This document shows, piece after piece, positions 12,406 through 25,399 of a stretch of DNA of 64,000 nucleotides; positions within the stretch are counted from its first letter, which is position 1, and each line of letters opens with the position of its first letter. A program made the translations under genes and the position numbers. A model generated the notes under the pieces. The model was not told the DNA's origin and searched no databases. It saw only the letters and a list, made by a program, of their open reading frames with translations. This DNA comes from Vicugna vicugna (Eukaryota): the NCBI GenBank assembly GCA_013265495.1, contig MU058289.1, forward strand, positions 1,609,451 through 1,673,450, read 5' to 3'.

Positions 12406-13559
12406 ATCTTTCCAGATACACCTCACTGCTTCTAAGATCTGGGCACCATATTGGCGTTACTTAGTTAGCTGGAATTTCAACATGTCTTGGATATGAGTAT
12501 ACACTAGTGTGGGTAAGATGGCAACTCCTTACAATATCTTCTGGCTTTGGAGTGTTCAGAGTAAGGGAATGTGCCTTAAGGCCCTGTGTTGACCAGAGGC
12601 AATTGTGGCAATGTGGGTGGTGGTATTCATGGTGGTGGGGTGGCAGTGGAGATAGTGTGTTAAATGAATGAGAAGGAGACAAAGATACCTCCAGAGGTCT
12701 TAAGTCTATCACTGGGGATTTTGTTGTTCAAATATCAAGAGGTTCAAAGAAATCAGCCAGGTAAACTAGAAAGAAAAGACATTCCAGAGGCAGAGGGTGG
12801 GAAGAATCAGGCACTAGCCAGTTAGGGATCTGCCCTATATTGTTGAAAGTCTGAGCACTAGCCTTGGGCTTGTTGCCAAGCTGAGTGGCAGTAGGCAAGG
12901 GAGGCTGGGAGGCATTGCCGCAGATTGCTCCTGATTCTCCCAGGGGCGATGAGGCGATGGGAGCCAGCTTGCAAATTCCCTTCAACAGGTGAATGAATAC
13001 CTGTAGGGCCCAGTTCACCCTGACTGAGGCTGCCCTGAGAGGTTTTTGTGCTTTTACACAGGCTTCCCCTTGAATTATGCAGTAGAGGCAAATTACAAAC
13101 GGAGACCATGTACTGTATGTCTAAATGTTGAAAAACTATAATTCAAGCAATAAGTAGTTAAATAAAATGTGTTATTTCCTTTTTCTCTGGATAAACTGTG
13201 CCTTCAAACCAACCAGGAAGGCCAGGTCACATGGAGACTTCTCAGACTCCTTGGAGGGTCACAGCAGAACGTGGTGAAGGGGGGGAGAACTAGCCCCAGC
13301 TACAGCCTGATCCCATCTTGGCTCTTTCCGACATTGTGCAGGCCCCACTGATGTGTTCACATTTGTCCACGTTCCTCAAAACAGCCACCTCTAGGTCATA
13401 CTCAAGTCTCGGGAAGTGCACACCCTATGTGGCGATGTGCCACGCCTCAGGATGGTGGACATGGGAAGAGACGCCCACAAGAGGCCCACCTGGAAATGGG
13501 ATCGAGGCTGTTTGGGCATGGAAATCTGGAGTCCTTGGCCACTGGGGCATCAATTAGAA

Positions 13560-13784
13560 TAGGGGTCAGCAAACGATGGGTCCTAGGCTAAATCTGGGCT
13601 CTCTGCCTGTTTTTATAAATACAGTTATATTGGAATATAGCTATGATTATTCATTTATGTATTATCTCTGGCTGCTTTCTTGCTACAATGGCAGGGTTAA
13701 GTAGCGGTGACAAAGATTATATGGCCTGCAAAGCCTAAAATATTTACTCTCTGGCCCTTTAAAGAGAGGGTTTGCCAACCTTTG
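13560..13784. mobile_element. MER58A-like hAT (Charlie) MITE
   Basis: Terminal repeats aggggtcagcaaac ... gtttgccaacctttg. Internal atatggcctgcaaagcctaaaatatttact is characteristic of MER58. Confidence 0.85.
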
Positions 13785-13899
13785 GTCTAGAAGGGGGAGT
13801 GGCCAGGCTCCAGTGGAGCCTCCTTGGCTCCAGAGATGCAGTTACAGGAGGGCCAGAGTGTAGTTCCCTAACTTCCACCCTGTGCTGTGGGGTGCGGGG

Positions 13900-14445
13900 A
13901 GCCCAAACCTGAATTTGATCATGAGGAAACAGCAGACAAATACAAATTCTGCCAAAATGGTAGGCCTGTATTCTTCAAAATGCCCATGTTATAAAAGACA
14001 TAAAAGGGCTAAGGAACTATTCCCAATTAAAGGAGACTAAAGAAACATGACAACAAAAAGCAAGACTAAAAGAATGGACGTGGGACCAGGAAAACGTACG
14101 ATAAAGAACAGTAGTGAAATTTTCATAGGTCTATTAATAGCATTATATTGATGTTAATTCCCAATCTGAGAATTATACTGTGATTATGTAAGTAGATGTT
14201 TTTAGGAAATACACAATGAACTATTTAGGGATAAAGGGATATGATGGCTGCAACTTACTCTCAAATAATAACAATGATAATAAAAATACATATATATGTA
14301 GAGAGAGGAAAAAGTGACAAAGCAAATGTGGCAAAATGTCAACAATTGGTCAATGTCTGTGAAATCTTTCTAGGAGTTCTTTATATTCTTTTTGCAACTT
14401 TTCTATATGTTCTAACTTATTTCATAATAAAAACTGAAACAATAA
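13900..14445 (+). mobile_element. Old L1 3' UTR fragment (L1MC-like)
   Basis: aaaggagactaaagaaacatgacaac; gcaaatgtggcaaaatgtcaacaattgg; ttttgcaacttttctata. Confidence 0.65.
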
Positions 14446-14619
14446 AATGTGGGGGTAAGCCATTCCCTCTCCCTTCTTCACCACAGTACCCCTCTCTCTC
14501 CCTTTCCCAATACACTCACTGTAATTGAACAAATTATTGCGAATAACAAATGAAACAGAAATGGGTATAGTTATGGAAAAGAAAAGGAAAAAAAGGTCAT
14601 TTTTGGCAGCTGATGTAAT

Positions 14620-16700
14620 TACCCATACAAAGCCCACTAGCGATCTTCTTAGGCTTATTTAGAGTCACAAGATGACCGCAGGCCACACTCAGTCTGTTTA
14701 GAAGGAGATAGGGCAGGGTTGCTTCAGATGCTCTTTGTGGCTGCAGTGACTGTCCTTGCCACAGTTCACTCCGTAGGTGCAAAGATGCTAGGTCCACATT
14801 GGGCCTTAATGAGAGCTGCTTTGATTTAAAAGTTGATGCCTCACAAGAGACAGTCTCTCAATTCTGTAGGCATAGTTTCCATGGTTTCTGCAAGGAATGT
14901 GCCTTCTTATAATAGTTCCACACTCAGGAAGCCCAACAATTGTTTCCCCATCGGGTAGTTACAGGTCTATCAGTTCAGAGGCAAGTTATCAATGATTGTT
15001 TTTATTATAAGCTATGTTGCCTAGCAACATACTTGAGATACTTTCAGGGAAATAAACCCAAGGTCAGATTCACAGGCAGAAGTGTTTTGCTACATCTTTG
15101 CCTATAGTCCATCCCCGAGGCTTTGGTTAACTTTTAGCAAAAGGACCAATTAGCACATTTTGCCATCACCAGGATTTGCATTATTCAGTGAGGTAAGGAT
15201 GGCCCCTCCATAGCCTATGACACTGGAACAGTCTTCGGCCATCTGTCTTTATTGTGCCTACAATACTTGCTTTTATTCTTGGAATTCCAGGCATTTTACA
15301 TCTTACAGTAGTATATGACAGTTTTTAGCAAACAGAACATACTGCATTGATATTTATTAACTTTTTTTGGAAAAGAATCTCTTCCCCCTATGTGCCATTG
15401 GTAAATCAAGGTTTTTTTTTCCAGTCTGAGAGTACAGTTTAGGCGTTTAAAAATAACCATTCTTGCTTTTTAAAAATTTGTCACTTTGGAAAGTGTTTGC
15501 ATCCCCATCAATTTTCACTAGATGGCAGCAGAGGACACTAGTAGTCAGGCTCCAGTGTAGTCTTAAATAACTTCAGCATTCTCAGTCCATAGATTTTATC
15601 ATACTCATGGATGCTGTTTAGGTTGGCCTGGTCTTATCCCTTATCGAGCATGGAGCACTTTCTTTAACCTTTTATTGGTGACCCTGAAAACTATTACACG
15701 GTTGTCATGTAGCCCTGCTTGGGCCTGATGGCCACCACACTGCCTGCTGTCTGCTTTTGCCCTCTACTGTCTTGGGTGCTTTCCATGTAGATTAAAATTT
15801 GGATGGAGTCAGAGTCTACTTGGCAGTTCCACCTGCTTTATCAGGTAAAGTCCCACCACAACGTGGCATCTTCTGGTTCATTCTCTTGTCTTTGTCCCCA
15901 CAACATCCACCCAGCCGATGTCTATTAATCTGTTCCTATGGCCCAGCTGCAGTGGGTCCCTTTCAAGGGCAGTGAGCAGTTTCTCCTCTCAGTGTGAATT
16001 TGGTTTTACTCCAACCACATCTGCCCCTTTCCAGGGAATGATTTATTGCGTCGTATACTGCAGAGCTTTCAGCATCAGAGAATGGGTAGATTGCTTCTCC
16101 CACCCCAGCATTCTGTGCCTTGTCAGCCTGTCCTTCCTTCTTCCTTATCTCATAGTCCATTGGTCAAACTGAATCAGAGGTCCGAAAGTCTAGCCTACCA
16201 CTGCCACCACTCTGCAGTGTCCTTGGAGGTGGGATTGGGCAGGGACTTATATTTGACTATATATTCAGATTCACAAGACTATCACAGGCCACACATGACA
16301 CCGGACTATTCAGACATAGGACAGGAACCACACACACATGCCAGCAAAGCAGTGTCAGATATTTCTAGCAGTGGGGCTCTTTGCAGCAAGAAGACAAGGT
16401 CTACAATGGGCTGGTGCACCCTTCAAGCCCCCAAGCAAACCCCTTATGCCCCCAAGCAAGCAATATCTCCACAGGCATGGCTTCCAAGGTCCCCAGAGGG
16501 ACTTGCAGTTTAGAAAAGGAATCCAAGGCTATGGTGACTCCCAGTCCAGATAAAAGTTACAAGCCAGGAGTCTCTGTTATTATAAACAATGTTGCCTGGT
16601 AACATAGTTGACACAAACCATCTTTATCTGTTTCCAGGAAAACACAGAAAATTAACCCAAAGTCAGATTCTCACACAAAGGAGAAAAAGTTTTAACACTT
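14620..16700 (-). mobile_element. Ancient LTR retroelement remnant: 5' LTR ~16213-16700, tRNA-Leu primer-binding site (PBS) 16192-16209, short internal remnant, second LTR copy ~14620-15100 or beyond
   Basis: Two diverged collinear copies of ~450 bp, sharing the blocks cacaaga..c.caggccacac, aggcat.g.ttcca.ggt and ttattataa...tgttgcct.g.aacata.ttga...aaccca a.gtcagatt. Minus-strand TGGTGGCAGTGGTAGGCT matches 15/18 of the tRNA-Leu PBS TGGTGGCAGCGGTGGGAT. Confidence 0.6.
15514..15531 (+). promoter_or_regulatory. Candidate CTCF site
   Basis: ttcactagatggcagca is close to the CTCF core CCASYAGRKGGCRS. Motif match only. Confidence 0.5.
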
Positions 16701-19700
16701 TACCAACAACCTAGAAATGAAAAGAATCAAATGAAAAACTACTAAAATGAATGAAGGAGTTCAGTAAGGTGGCCAGATATTTAAAAAAGAAAAAAGCCTT
16801 TTTATATACTAGCAATGATTAGGGAATGTAGTGGGATAAATATTTCCTTTATAATAGCAACAGAAACCATAATTATGTAATATTTATTTATAATATACCC
16901 AAAATGTTCAAGCTCTACATAAAGAATAGGTAAAATTTGAGTGAAAATTCCTGAATAAGTGAACCAGGTTAATTAGTTGGAAAGAGTCAATATTGTAGTG
17001 ACATAATTGCTTTACGAATAAACTAAAAATATGGCATAGTCCCAATAAAAAATCACAATAGAATTTTTCTAAGGAATTTGAAAAATTGATCCTAACATTC
17101 ACCTGGAAACAGACATATGGAAAAAATTTGAAAGAAAAGAGATGGAATTATTTTGTAGAAAGCAAACCTATTATAAAATTATAGTGATCAAAAGAGTGCA
17201 ATTTTGGCTCAGATATAGGCATACGTATCAGTAGAACTTGAATAATTATGCTCAGAGTCAAACACTTTAGTTTTCTTTTATGTTCATATAACTTACATGT
17301 ATAAAATACATACATCTTACAAGTAGAGAAGAGTGAATTTTTACATGTGTATGTATCAGCTTAGCCAACACTCAGATCAAGATATAGATCATTTCTGGTA
17401 CCCCAATAGCTTTGCTGGTACTCTCTCCCAGTTATTATTCCCTCCACCAAAAGTAATCATGGGTTATTTTTGCCTGTTTACAAGCTTCATATGGATAGAA
17501 TCATACAGATGTAATCTTTTGTGCCTGGCTTATTTTGGGCAACATTGTATTTATGATATTCATCCATGTGCTTGCATGTGGCAGTAATTTGTTCTTTTTC
17601 ATTATTGTAGTATTCCATTTCATACAATAGCATTTCGTGATATAAATATAACATCATATAGTTATCCATCTTATTGCTGATGGACACTTGGGTTGTTTCC
17701 AGATTTTGGTCATTACAAATAAAACTGCTAGGAACATTCTTGTCCATGTTTTTTGGTGGACATAAGCGTCATTTATGTTGGGTATACCCAGAAATGGAAT
17801 TGCTGGGTCACAGGATGAGTATGTATGCTTAGCTTTTGTAGATACTGCTGGTTTTCTGAAGTAGTTGTACCATGGTGGGGGTTGGGATGTTGGTTTATAG
17901 TGATATCTCAATTGTTGTTTTAATTTGCATTTGTTGGATGACTAATGATGTTGAATGCTTTTTCATATGCTATTTGGCCGTTTGGATCTCCTCTTTTGTG
18001 TAAATATTTTGTCCCTCCACTCCCCTAAAGTTGATTCAGATGTTTTCTTATCAGTTTATAGGAGTCCTCTGTCAGATATGTTTTACAAATATCTTTTCCT
18101 GGTTTGTCGCTTACCTTTTGTCTTTCTTCATGGCATCTTGATGAATGGAAATTTCATTAATAAAATTAATATATAACTTAAAAATTGGATTAATTTACTA
18201 ATCTTTTATGGTTACTGCTATTTGTGTCCCATTTAAGAAATCTTTCCCTACCCTTAAAATAACATAGTCTCCTATGATTTAATTGTATTATTGTCTTGCC
18301 TTTCACATTTATGTCTATAATACTTCTCAAATTGATTTTTGTATATGGTGTGAGGTAGAGGTCAAGGTTCATGTTTTCTTAAATGAATATTCAATTGACC
18401 TAGCCTCATTTATTGAAAATACCATTCATTCCTCACTGAATTGTACTAGAGGTTCTAAGTTAGTGCAATAGGTAAGAAAAAGAAATAAAAGTCATTCAGA
18501 TTAAAAAGGAAGAAGAAATTGGTCTCTATTTACTGGTTACTGATAATAGGGTTGTCTCTATAGGAAATTTACAGAATTTATAAAAAGCTAATCAAACTAT
18601 TGAGTTTAGCAAATTTTTAGGATGTAAGATGTATATACAAAAAATCAGTTGTATTTCTATATATTAGCAATAAACTATTAAAAATTTAGAAACAATACTA
18701 TTTACAATAGCATAAAAAGTATGAAATACTTGGGCATAAATCTGACAAAAGATGTGCAAGTTCTGTACACTGAAAACTACAAAACAATTTTGAGAGAAAT
18801 TATAGAATACCTAAATAAATAGAGATGTATACCATATTCATAGATTAGAAGATTCAATATTTTTAAGGTGTCAATTTGCCATAGATTGATCTACAGATTC
18901 ATTGAAATCCTAATCAAAATCCCAGCAGGTTCTTTTTTTGGTTATTGAAATTGACAAACTGATTCATTTGGGATTGCAAAAGATGTAGAATAGTCAAGAC
19001 AACTTTGAGACCAAAGAACAAAGTTGTAACATTTAAACGACATGATTTAACATTTATTATAAAGCTATGATAATCACGACCATGTGGTATCAATGTCAAG
19101 ACAGAAAAATAAATCAATGAACAGAATAGATTCCATAAATAAACCCACATTTATACAATCAATTGATTTTTTAACTAAGAGGCAAAGACAATTCAGTAGA
19201 GAAAAGATAATTTTTTCAATAAATGGTTAAACAATTAGAACAAATGGTTAAACAACTGCATTGCTATATGCAAAAAAAATTAACTTCAATCCATATCTTG
19301 TACATAAAAATTAATATAGCATAGCAGGTCATATAATATATAACATATATATATGTATATAGTATTGCATAGCATATAATACAGCATGGTCATAAACTTA
19401 ACACTTAACACTTAGAACCATAAAACTTCTAGAGAAAAAACAGACAAAATTTTGGGGGACCTGAGTTAGGCAAAGACTTCTTAGACACCAAAAAAAAATC
19501 TATAAATAAAAATTGATAAGTTAAACTTTATCAAAATTAAAAATGTCTGCTTCTGAAACATACTTTTAAGAGAATGAAAGGACAAGCCACAAGACTGGGA
19601 GAAAACATTCACAAATCATTATCTGAAAAGACATATCCAGATGATGTACTTTCAAAACTGAATAAAAAGAGGATGAAGAACCTAATTTTTAAAAATGGGC

Positions 19701-20715
19701 AAAAGGTTTAATTGACATTTCATTAAAAGAGACATATGAATGAAAAATAAGCTCATGAAAGGTGATGCGCAACATCACTAGTCATTAGATAAATGCAAAT
19801 CAAACCTATGATGAGATATCACTACACAAGTATTAGAATGTCTAACAAGTGTTAGTGAAAATATGGAAAATCTAGAACTCATTCACTGCTGGTGGAAATG
19901 TAAAATGAACACCCACTTTGAAAAATAGTTTGGCAGTTTCTTAAAAGGTCAAACACACACCTACCATATGATAGCCATTTCACTCCTAGGTTTTTTTTTT
20001 TCTGTCTCTCTATATTTTTATTGAAGTATAGTCAGTTTACAATGTTGTGTCAATTTCTAGTGTACAGCACAATGCTTCAGTCATACATGAACATACATAT
20101 ATTCGTGGTCATATTCCTCCTCATCATAAGTTACTATAAGATTGAATATAGTTCCCTGTGCTATACAGTATGAACTTGTGTATCTATTTTACATATATTA
20201 ATATCTGCAAATCTTGAACTCCCAACACTCCTAGTTTTGAATCCAAATAAAAGCATATTTCCATACAAAGACTTGTACATCAATGTTGACAACTTTGTAA
20301 TAGCTAGAAACTGAAAACATCATAAATATCCACATAATAGACTACTACTTAGTAATAAAAAAGAATGAACTATTAATACACTCAGCAACATGGATTAATC
20401 TCAAAATAATTAAGACTGACTCCCCCCAACACCCCTAAAAGTACATAGCATATAAGTCCATTTATATACAATTCTATAAAATACAAACTGATCTATAGTG
20501 ACCAAAAGCAGATCTGTGGTTCTCTGAGAAATAGATATGGTAGGTTGTTACTGGGAGTAGGGATTACAAGTGGACAGAAGGAAACTTTTGGGGATGATGT
20601 ATATGTTCACTGTCTAGATTGTGGTGATGGTTTCAGGGGTGTATATATACATACGTAAAAATCAAACTGTACCCTTCAGATATGTGCAGATTTTAAAAGT
20701 CACCTGAATAAAGGC
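16700..20715. mobile_element. L1 block: + strand ORF2/3'UTR fragments (~16700-17250, ~18450-20715) with a - strand L1 3' part (~17270-18445)
   Basis: ORF2 C-terminal peptides in the track (CDPAIPFLGI...KTWTRMFLAVLFV.TKIWKQPKCPS; NLDLYLTPYTKIN). Plus-strand ORF2 text such as ctgtacactgaaaactacaaaaca. Confidence 0.8.
19991..20225 (-). mobile_element. Young L1 3' end nested in an older L1
   Basis: tttttattgaagtatagtcagtttacaat... TSD cactcctag at 19981 and 20226. Confidence 0.88.
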
Positions 20716-20729
20716 TTTTTTTTTTAAAG

Positions 20730-20930
20730 TGTGGAGAAGCAGAGGCCACGTGTAGTGTTGTAAATGACCCAGGTTTTGCCACCAAAGTTGGGCCGGTGTG
20801 CTTGGGCAAGCTGCTTAGAATCCTCAGCTGTAGAGATAATACCGCCCTCGTAGGGCTTAGGAGACAGAGAATTTATGTAAAGCATATGGCACTTGGCTAG
20901 GCATTCTGTTGGGGCGCCATTCACAGTGGA
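20730..20930 (+). mobile_element. MIR fossil
   Basis: gcttgggcaagctgctta ... gagaatttatgtaaagcatatggcacttgg. Confidence 0.5.
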
Positions 20931-21059
20931 AGGGTGACAGGCAGGTTGCAATCAACTTCAAGCTCTAGTGCATTTTGGATCTGCGACTTTATCCAAGTTC
21001 TTTAACTTCTCTCTTTCACTGTCTCAGGTGCAGAAGGTATTAAAATGACACAATAGATG

Positions 21060-21900
21060 CAACTAGCGTAGTGCCAGGTAAACAAGAGAGGAGGCGTTAG
21101 TAGCGTTAGATCTTGGCTGGTTGCTGGGATCAGGCGGAGGGTCGCGGCAGGAATGTCCTGGATTGGGGGCGGGTAAGGCTGGGAGGCTCAGAGAGCTGGA
21201 ACCAGGAGGGCGGCAAAAGCGACACCCAGAAGCCGCGGCAAATGCCCCGACTGCACAACAGGGAACCAGGCTCACGACCAAACACCAAGCCACGGTTACC
21301 TCCCAGACTGCCCCGCGCCTCCGGGCGCAGGCGCAGTGAGGTAAACGGGGGATTGGGGAAGGGGGATCCAGTCCCAGGGTGTTCAGTAGGCGTGGCCTGA
21401 TCCCTCGCCCCGCCTCGGCCGAGGCCACACCCCTCGCCCCGCCTCTTGGTCTGTGCCGCGGCGGGAGGCGCAGCTGCAGGGCTTTAGGAGGCAATCCGCC
21501 CGCAGGTGAGTTCGGCAGGGCGGCAATGGATGCTCCGGGTTGCTTGCACCAGCTGGTTTGCTAATGGGAAAGGGGGGCGTTGCTGGTGCTGAGTGGGATG
21601 CTCTTCCTCGGTTCCTTCTGCTCACTTAGGACTGGGCCCCAGAGTCTCGCCTGGAGTGGGACAACTCTCCAGGAGGTGCTCTCCGCTTCTTGGCTCCGGC
21701 TTCAGGCACTGCTGCAAAACAGACCGAGCGCTTGCATGGTTTGCCTCCTCCCTGGTGGGGAGTTTTCAGTTTAAACACAGTTGTTCCTTCCCGCTCCAAT
21801 GTAGTACGTGAGTACATGAGGAAACTGAGGCACAGAGAAGCAAAGTCGCCCCCATAGGTTTTACACCTGTTAGTGGCCGAGTCACTCAAGGTCGAAATCT
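21060..21900. promoter_or_regulatory. CpG-island promoter, probably bidirectional; host gene not identified
   Basis: Strongest GC/CpG-rich segment of the window. NRF1-type GCGCAGGCGCA at 21325-21335. Duplicated GC box CCCTCGCCCCGCCTC at 21402-21416 and 21431-21445. KLF-type GGCCACACCC at 21423-21432. Consensus donor CAG|GTGAGT after 21505 (+) and GAG|GTAACC after 21300 (-). Confidence 0.85.
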
Positions 21901-22064
21901 CAACAGTCTGGCCTCAGAGCTTGTGCCCTTGACTATTCACTATTGCCTCCAGGCTTGTTCCTGTCAAACTGTGGTTAGATATTTACTTAAATTGTTTAAA
22001 AAAAAAAAGAATAAAATGACTGGATGCTGGGTACTAATTTGCTTCACTAGTAGATGAGGCAAAA

Positions 22065-22078
22065 GTTACCAGGGTAAC
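22065..22078. promoter_or_regulatory. Palindromic RFX X-box
   Basis: GTTACC-AG-GGTAAC fits GTNRCC(N0-3)RGYAAC and lies ~560 bp downstream of the + strand donor. Motif only. Confidence 0.45.
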
Positions 22079-23139
22079 CTGATGTGTTACATTCATACTT
22101 GAATGTAAAAGACATGGATTAGGAAATTGTTATTTTACTTGCAATAAAGTTATGAAAAACTTATTCATGACTCAAAACAATCCTCGTTCATTTTTTTGTC
22201 TTAAAGTAGTCAAATACATATGTGAGAATACTTGAGATTTTATGGTTATTTTTGTCCATTCGTTAAAGTTACAGCAGCTCCCCTTAAAAAGGGGATCCAT
22301 TTTCACTTCAGGCTGGCCCCACAGTCCTCTCCAGGGCTGCACTGTGGCTGCTAGCTTGCTGAATAGACTCATAAGTAGCCATGACCATGTTGATGCTTGG
22401 CAGGCTGCTAAATTTTGTTTCTCCACTGTAGTACTTGTTGAACACTTTAAGAACAAGAAAAAAAAACTCTTAATGGGTGACAAACCAAAGCATAAACTTC
22501 TCTTACAAAATAGCACACTACCGCTTTTTTTCTATGTAGGCAAAGCATTTTAGGTGAACTTTTGAGGTACTGGATATGTTCAGTTTCAGTGGTATATGTT
22601 TTGTATGTTGTCAGGAATAGATACACATTTTTATGGATGTGTTTTCTCTTTCCTGCCTGCTTGGTGATTTTATGGATTTATAATTGCCATCACATGTTGT
22701 CATCTGCTCTCACCCCACCTGCCCCCAGCCCAGAACCAGATTTTCTTATGACATTTTGCTGCTTTTGTTCTGTGATCATATTTGAGAATCTCAGATCCAG
22801 CTTGGCTCGGATTCTCTGTCCCTCACCTCCCCAGGCCCACAGCTACATGTGAAGTCAGGACACCTAGTCCCAGGTGGCAGCTGTCTTTTTCAGCTTCTTT
22901 TTAAGAGGAAGAGCCTCAAGCCTCGAGCTTGGCTTGGGACTATAGTCTTGCAGAGAGCATGACTTCTTTCCCCCAAAGGAATTGAGTGCCCAGCTGCTAG
23001 TGCTGGGCTCCATCCCTAGGCCCCAGTAGGCCTGGGGCTGCCCTCCTGTCATTACTGTGTACGTATATCTGTACCCTGTCGGCTGAGATGCTTTCTTTAT
23101 TCTTGGGCCCAACTGTGGCTTATTGATTTTCTCTTTTTA

Positions 23140-23280
23140 TATTTTATCACTCATTGTAAGCTCCCAGAGGACAGGAACTGTCAGTTTTGTTCATCACTTT
23201 ATTTCTAGCATTCAGAATGGAACCTGACACATAGTAGGTATCCAATAAATAGTCATTGGATAATAAATGAATGAAATGCT
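23140..23280 (+). mobile_element. L2 3' end
   Basis: tgtaagctcccagaggacagg ... cctgacacatagtaggtatccaataaatag ... tgaatgaa. Confidence 0.75.
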
Positions 23281-23565
23281 TTGTTTGGAAAAAGTGTGAA
23301 ATTAGGACCCACCCAGAAGCAGAATTTGGCATGTTCTCCTGGAAGAGCAAAATATATTAGTATTCCAGTATTAACCTCTAATTAATTCTCTTTTTGAAAA
23401 CCACATACAAACTCTCCACTCCTATCTTTGTTTCATGTCTAATAGATTTACCTTATAATTTCATAAATATATCTGCAAAGTATAATCAAATTCTTTTTAT
23501 TAGCAATATATTTCTGTAGAATGGAGAATTCTGTTTAAAACTTCTAATTCTATCAGGTTTTTTAT

Positions 23566-24060
23566 TGTACCAGCTATCAATTTCTGGATAACAAACTACC
23601 CCACAACTTAGTGAGTTAACAATCATTTTGTAATTATTTCCCTCGCAGTTTTGTGGGACAGAAATTCAGACAGAACACAGTGAGAAAGGTTCATTTATAC
23701 TCATTTATATACTCATTTATAATCCATGATGTCTGAGACCTCAGCTTGGAGCTGATTGGGCATCTCTGTCTACTCATGTGGTTTCATACCATTTCTGCAA
23801 GTGTCTCTAGCATGGTGGCCTTAGGATAGTTGGAATTCTTACACGGCGGCTGGTCTAAGAGCTACTCTTTTGAGACACAGCAAATGGAAGCTGCTTGTCT
23901 CTTAAGGGCTGGGCCCAGAAACTGGCATGGCATCTTTCTTGCTGACTCTTCTATTGGTCAAAGCTGTTATAGAACCTGCCCAAATTTAAGGGGACATGAC
24001 ATAGACCACACCTTTAATGGGAGGAATGTCAATTTATGACCATCTTGAACCTGCCATATT
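23566..24060 (-). mobile_element. MaLR (MLT1-type) LTR
   Basis: ataacaaactaccccacaacttag ... tctattggtcaaagc ... atagaccacacctttaatgggagga is typical of antisense MLT1. Confidence 0.7.
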
Positions 24061-24488
24061 GAATATTAGAAACATATCTTAGTAAGAAGGCATCTCAAAG
24101 GTAATATCGTCTAACCTGCCATGCTCTGGACATTTTTTTTATAAATAACATCGCCAACAAAAGTGGTTCAATTTTTGCTTGAACATTTTCAATGAGGTAA
24201 AAGTAAGCCTTGAGTTTGGTGTTAGATCAGCCTCTGATGTCAACTTTGAGATAGAAGGAAACAAAAATGGACAGTTGATCACTAAGAGTCCTCATTTTTT
24301 AGCTAATCTTTTTGAAGTTTAAAATCCAAAACTCCGATTAAAGCAACAGTTTTGGTGATACCCAGGGACAGTGGGACTCTTTGGGATGCTGAAAATCTGA
24401 AGCATGCAGTGTGTTGGATGTAAATCCTCTTAGTTGATTTAAAGTGGAGAAAACTGTTAAAAAGCAACAGCTGTAATTTTTAAAAAAA

Positions 24489-24612
24489 TTTTTTCTTGGT
24501 GGGAGGAGGAAGATAATTAGGTTTACTTATTTCTAGAGGAGTTACTGGGAATTGAACCCAGGACCCCAAGCATGCTAAGCATGCACTCTACCACTTGAGC
24601 TACACCCTCCCC
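24489..24612 (-). mobile_element. tRNA-Ala-derived SINE (Vic-1-like)
   Basis: actgggaattgaacccaggacc...catgctaagcatgcactctaccacttgagctacaccctcccc. Confidence 0.9.
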
Positions 24613-25399
24613 TTCTAATAGCCATAATCTTAAAGAGAGGTGACATGGTCCTGACATTAGAAGAAGGCAGTCATTCAGCCACAATGGATGCTGTTGAGGC
24701 TGAATGGGCAGGATTTTTGTGCCTGGGGGTGAGAGAGGAGGCGAGTGGGAAGAGTGGTTTCTCTAGGCTTTGAGTCCTGGTGGCTGGAGATGGAGACTTC
24801 TTTCACTGATGCAGGTACGGAGGAAGATGAGCATTTGTTATTGGACTGAGATGATTATGAAATCCAGGTTATCACAAGTGAACCTGAAACATAAACACAT
24901 AGTTTACCAGATGGAAAATGAGGACTACCAAGTCTCTAATTGGGAACGAGATGACTTCAGGTATCAGTTGCCTTGGGAATATTCATAGACTCATCCCGGA
25001 AGCTCTTGGCTAGTTGTTCTCCCAGGAGTTTAGATATTCTTTTTACAGGTAGTGTAAATCGTTGAAGAAGTTTTGATATAACAAATTAAGGATTTTAGGA
25101 AGATCACTTTGTTGGCATTGTAGAGAGTTAATTAGGAAAGGCAAAGTCCAGTCGTAGGTCTATTTCATTAGTCTAGGGATAAGAACTAAGCTTGGGTCAT
25201 TAATAACGGGTATGAGGGGGCAGATATGAGAGTTGTTTAGGGGAATGGACTCTAAAGGATTTGGTGACAGAGTGACTGAAGGTGGCAGGAAGAGGGAAAG
25301 AGAAATGAGTTAGGCTTGAAGAATACGAAATAGATGGTGATGTGTTAACAAATAAAAAGTAGGAGGAAAATGTTTGGAAAGAAGAATGATGAGTTTGAT

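Noticed and set aside
21063..21625. Several long GC-rich ORFs in the CpG island
   Set aside because: Expected from stop-codon scarcity in GC-rich DNA. Low-complexity R/P/G/A peptides with no recognisable domain.
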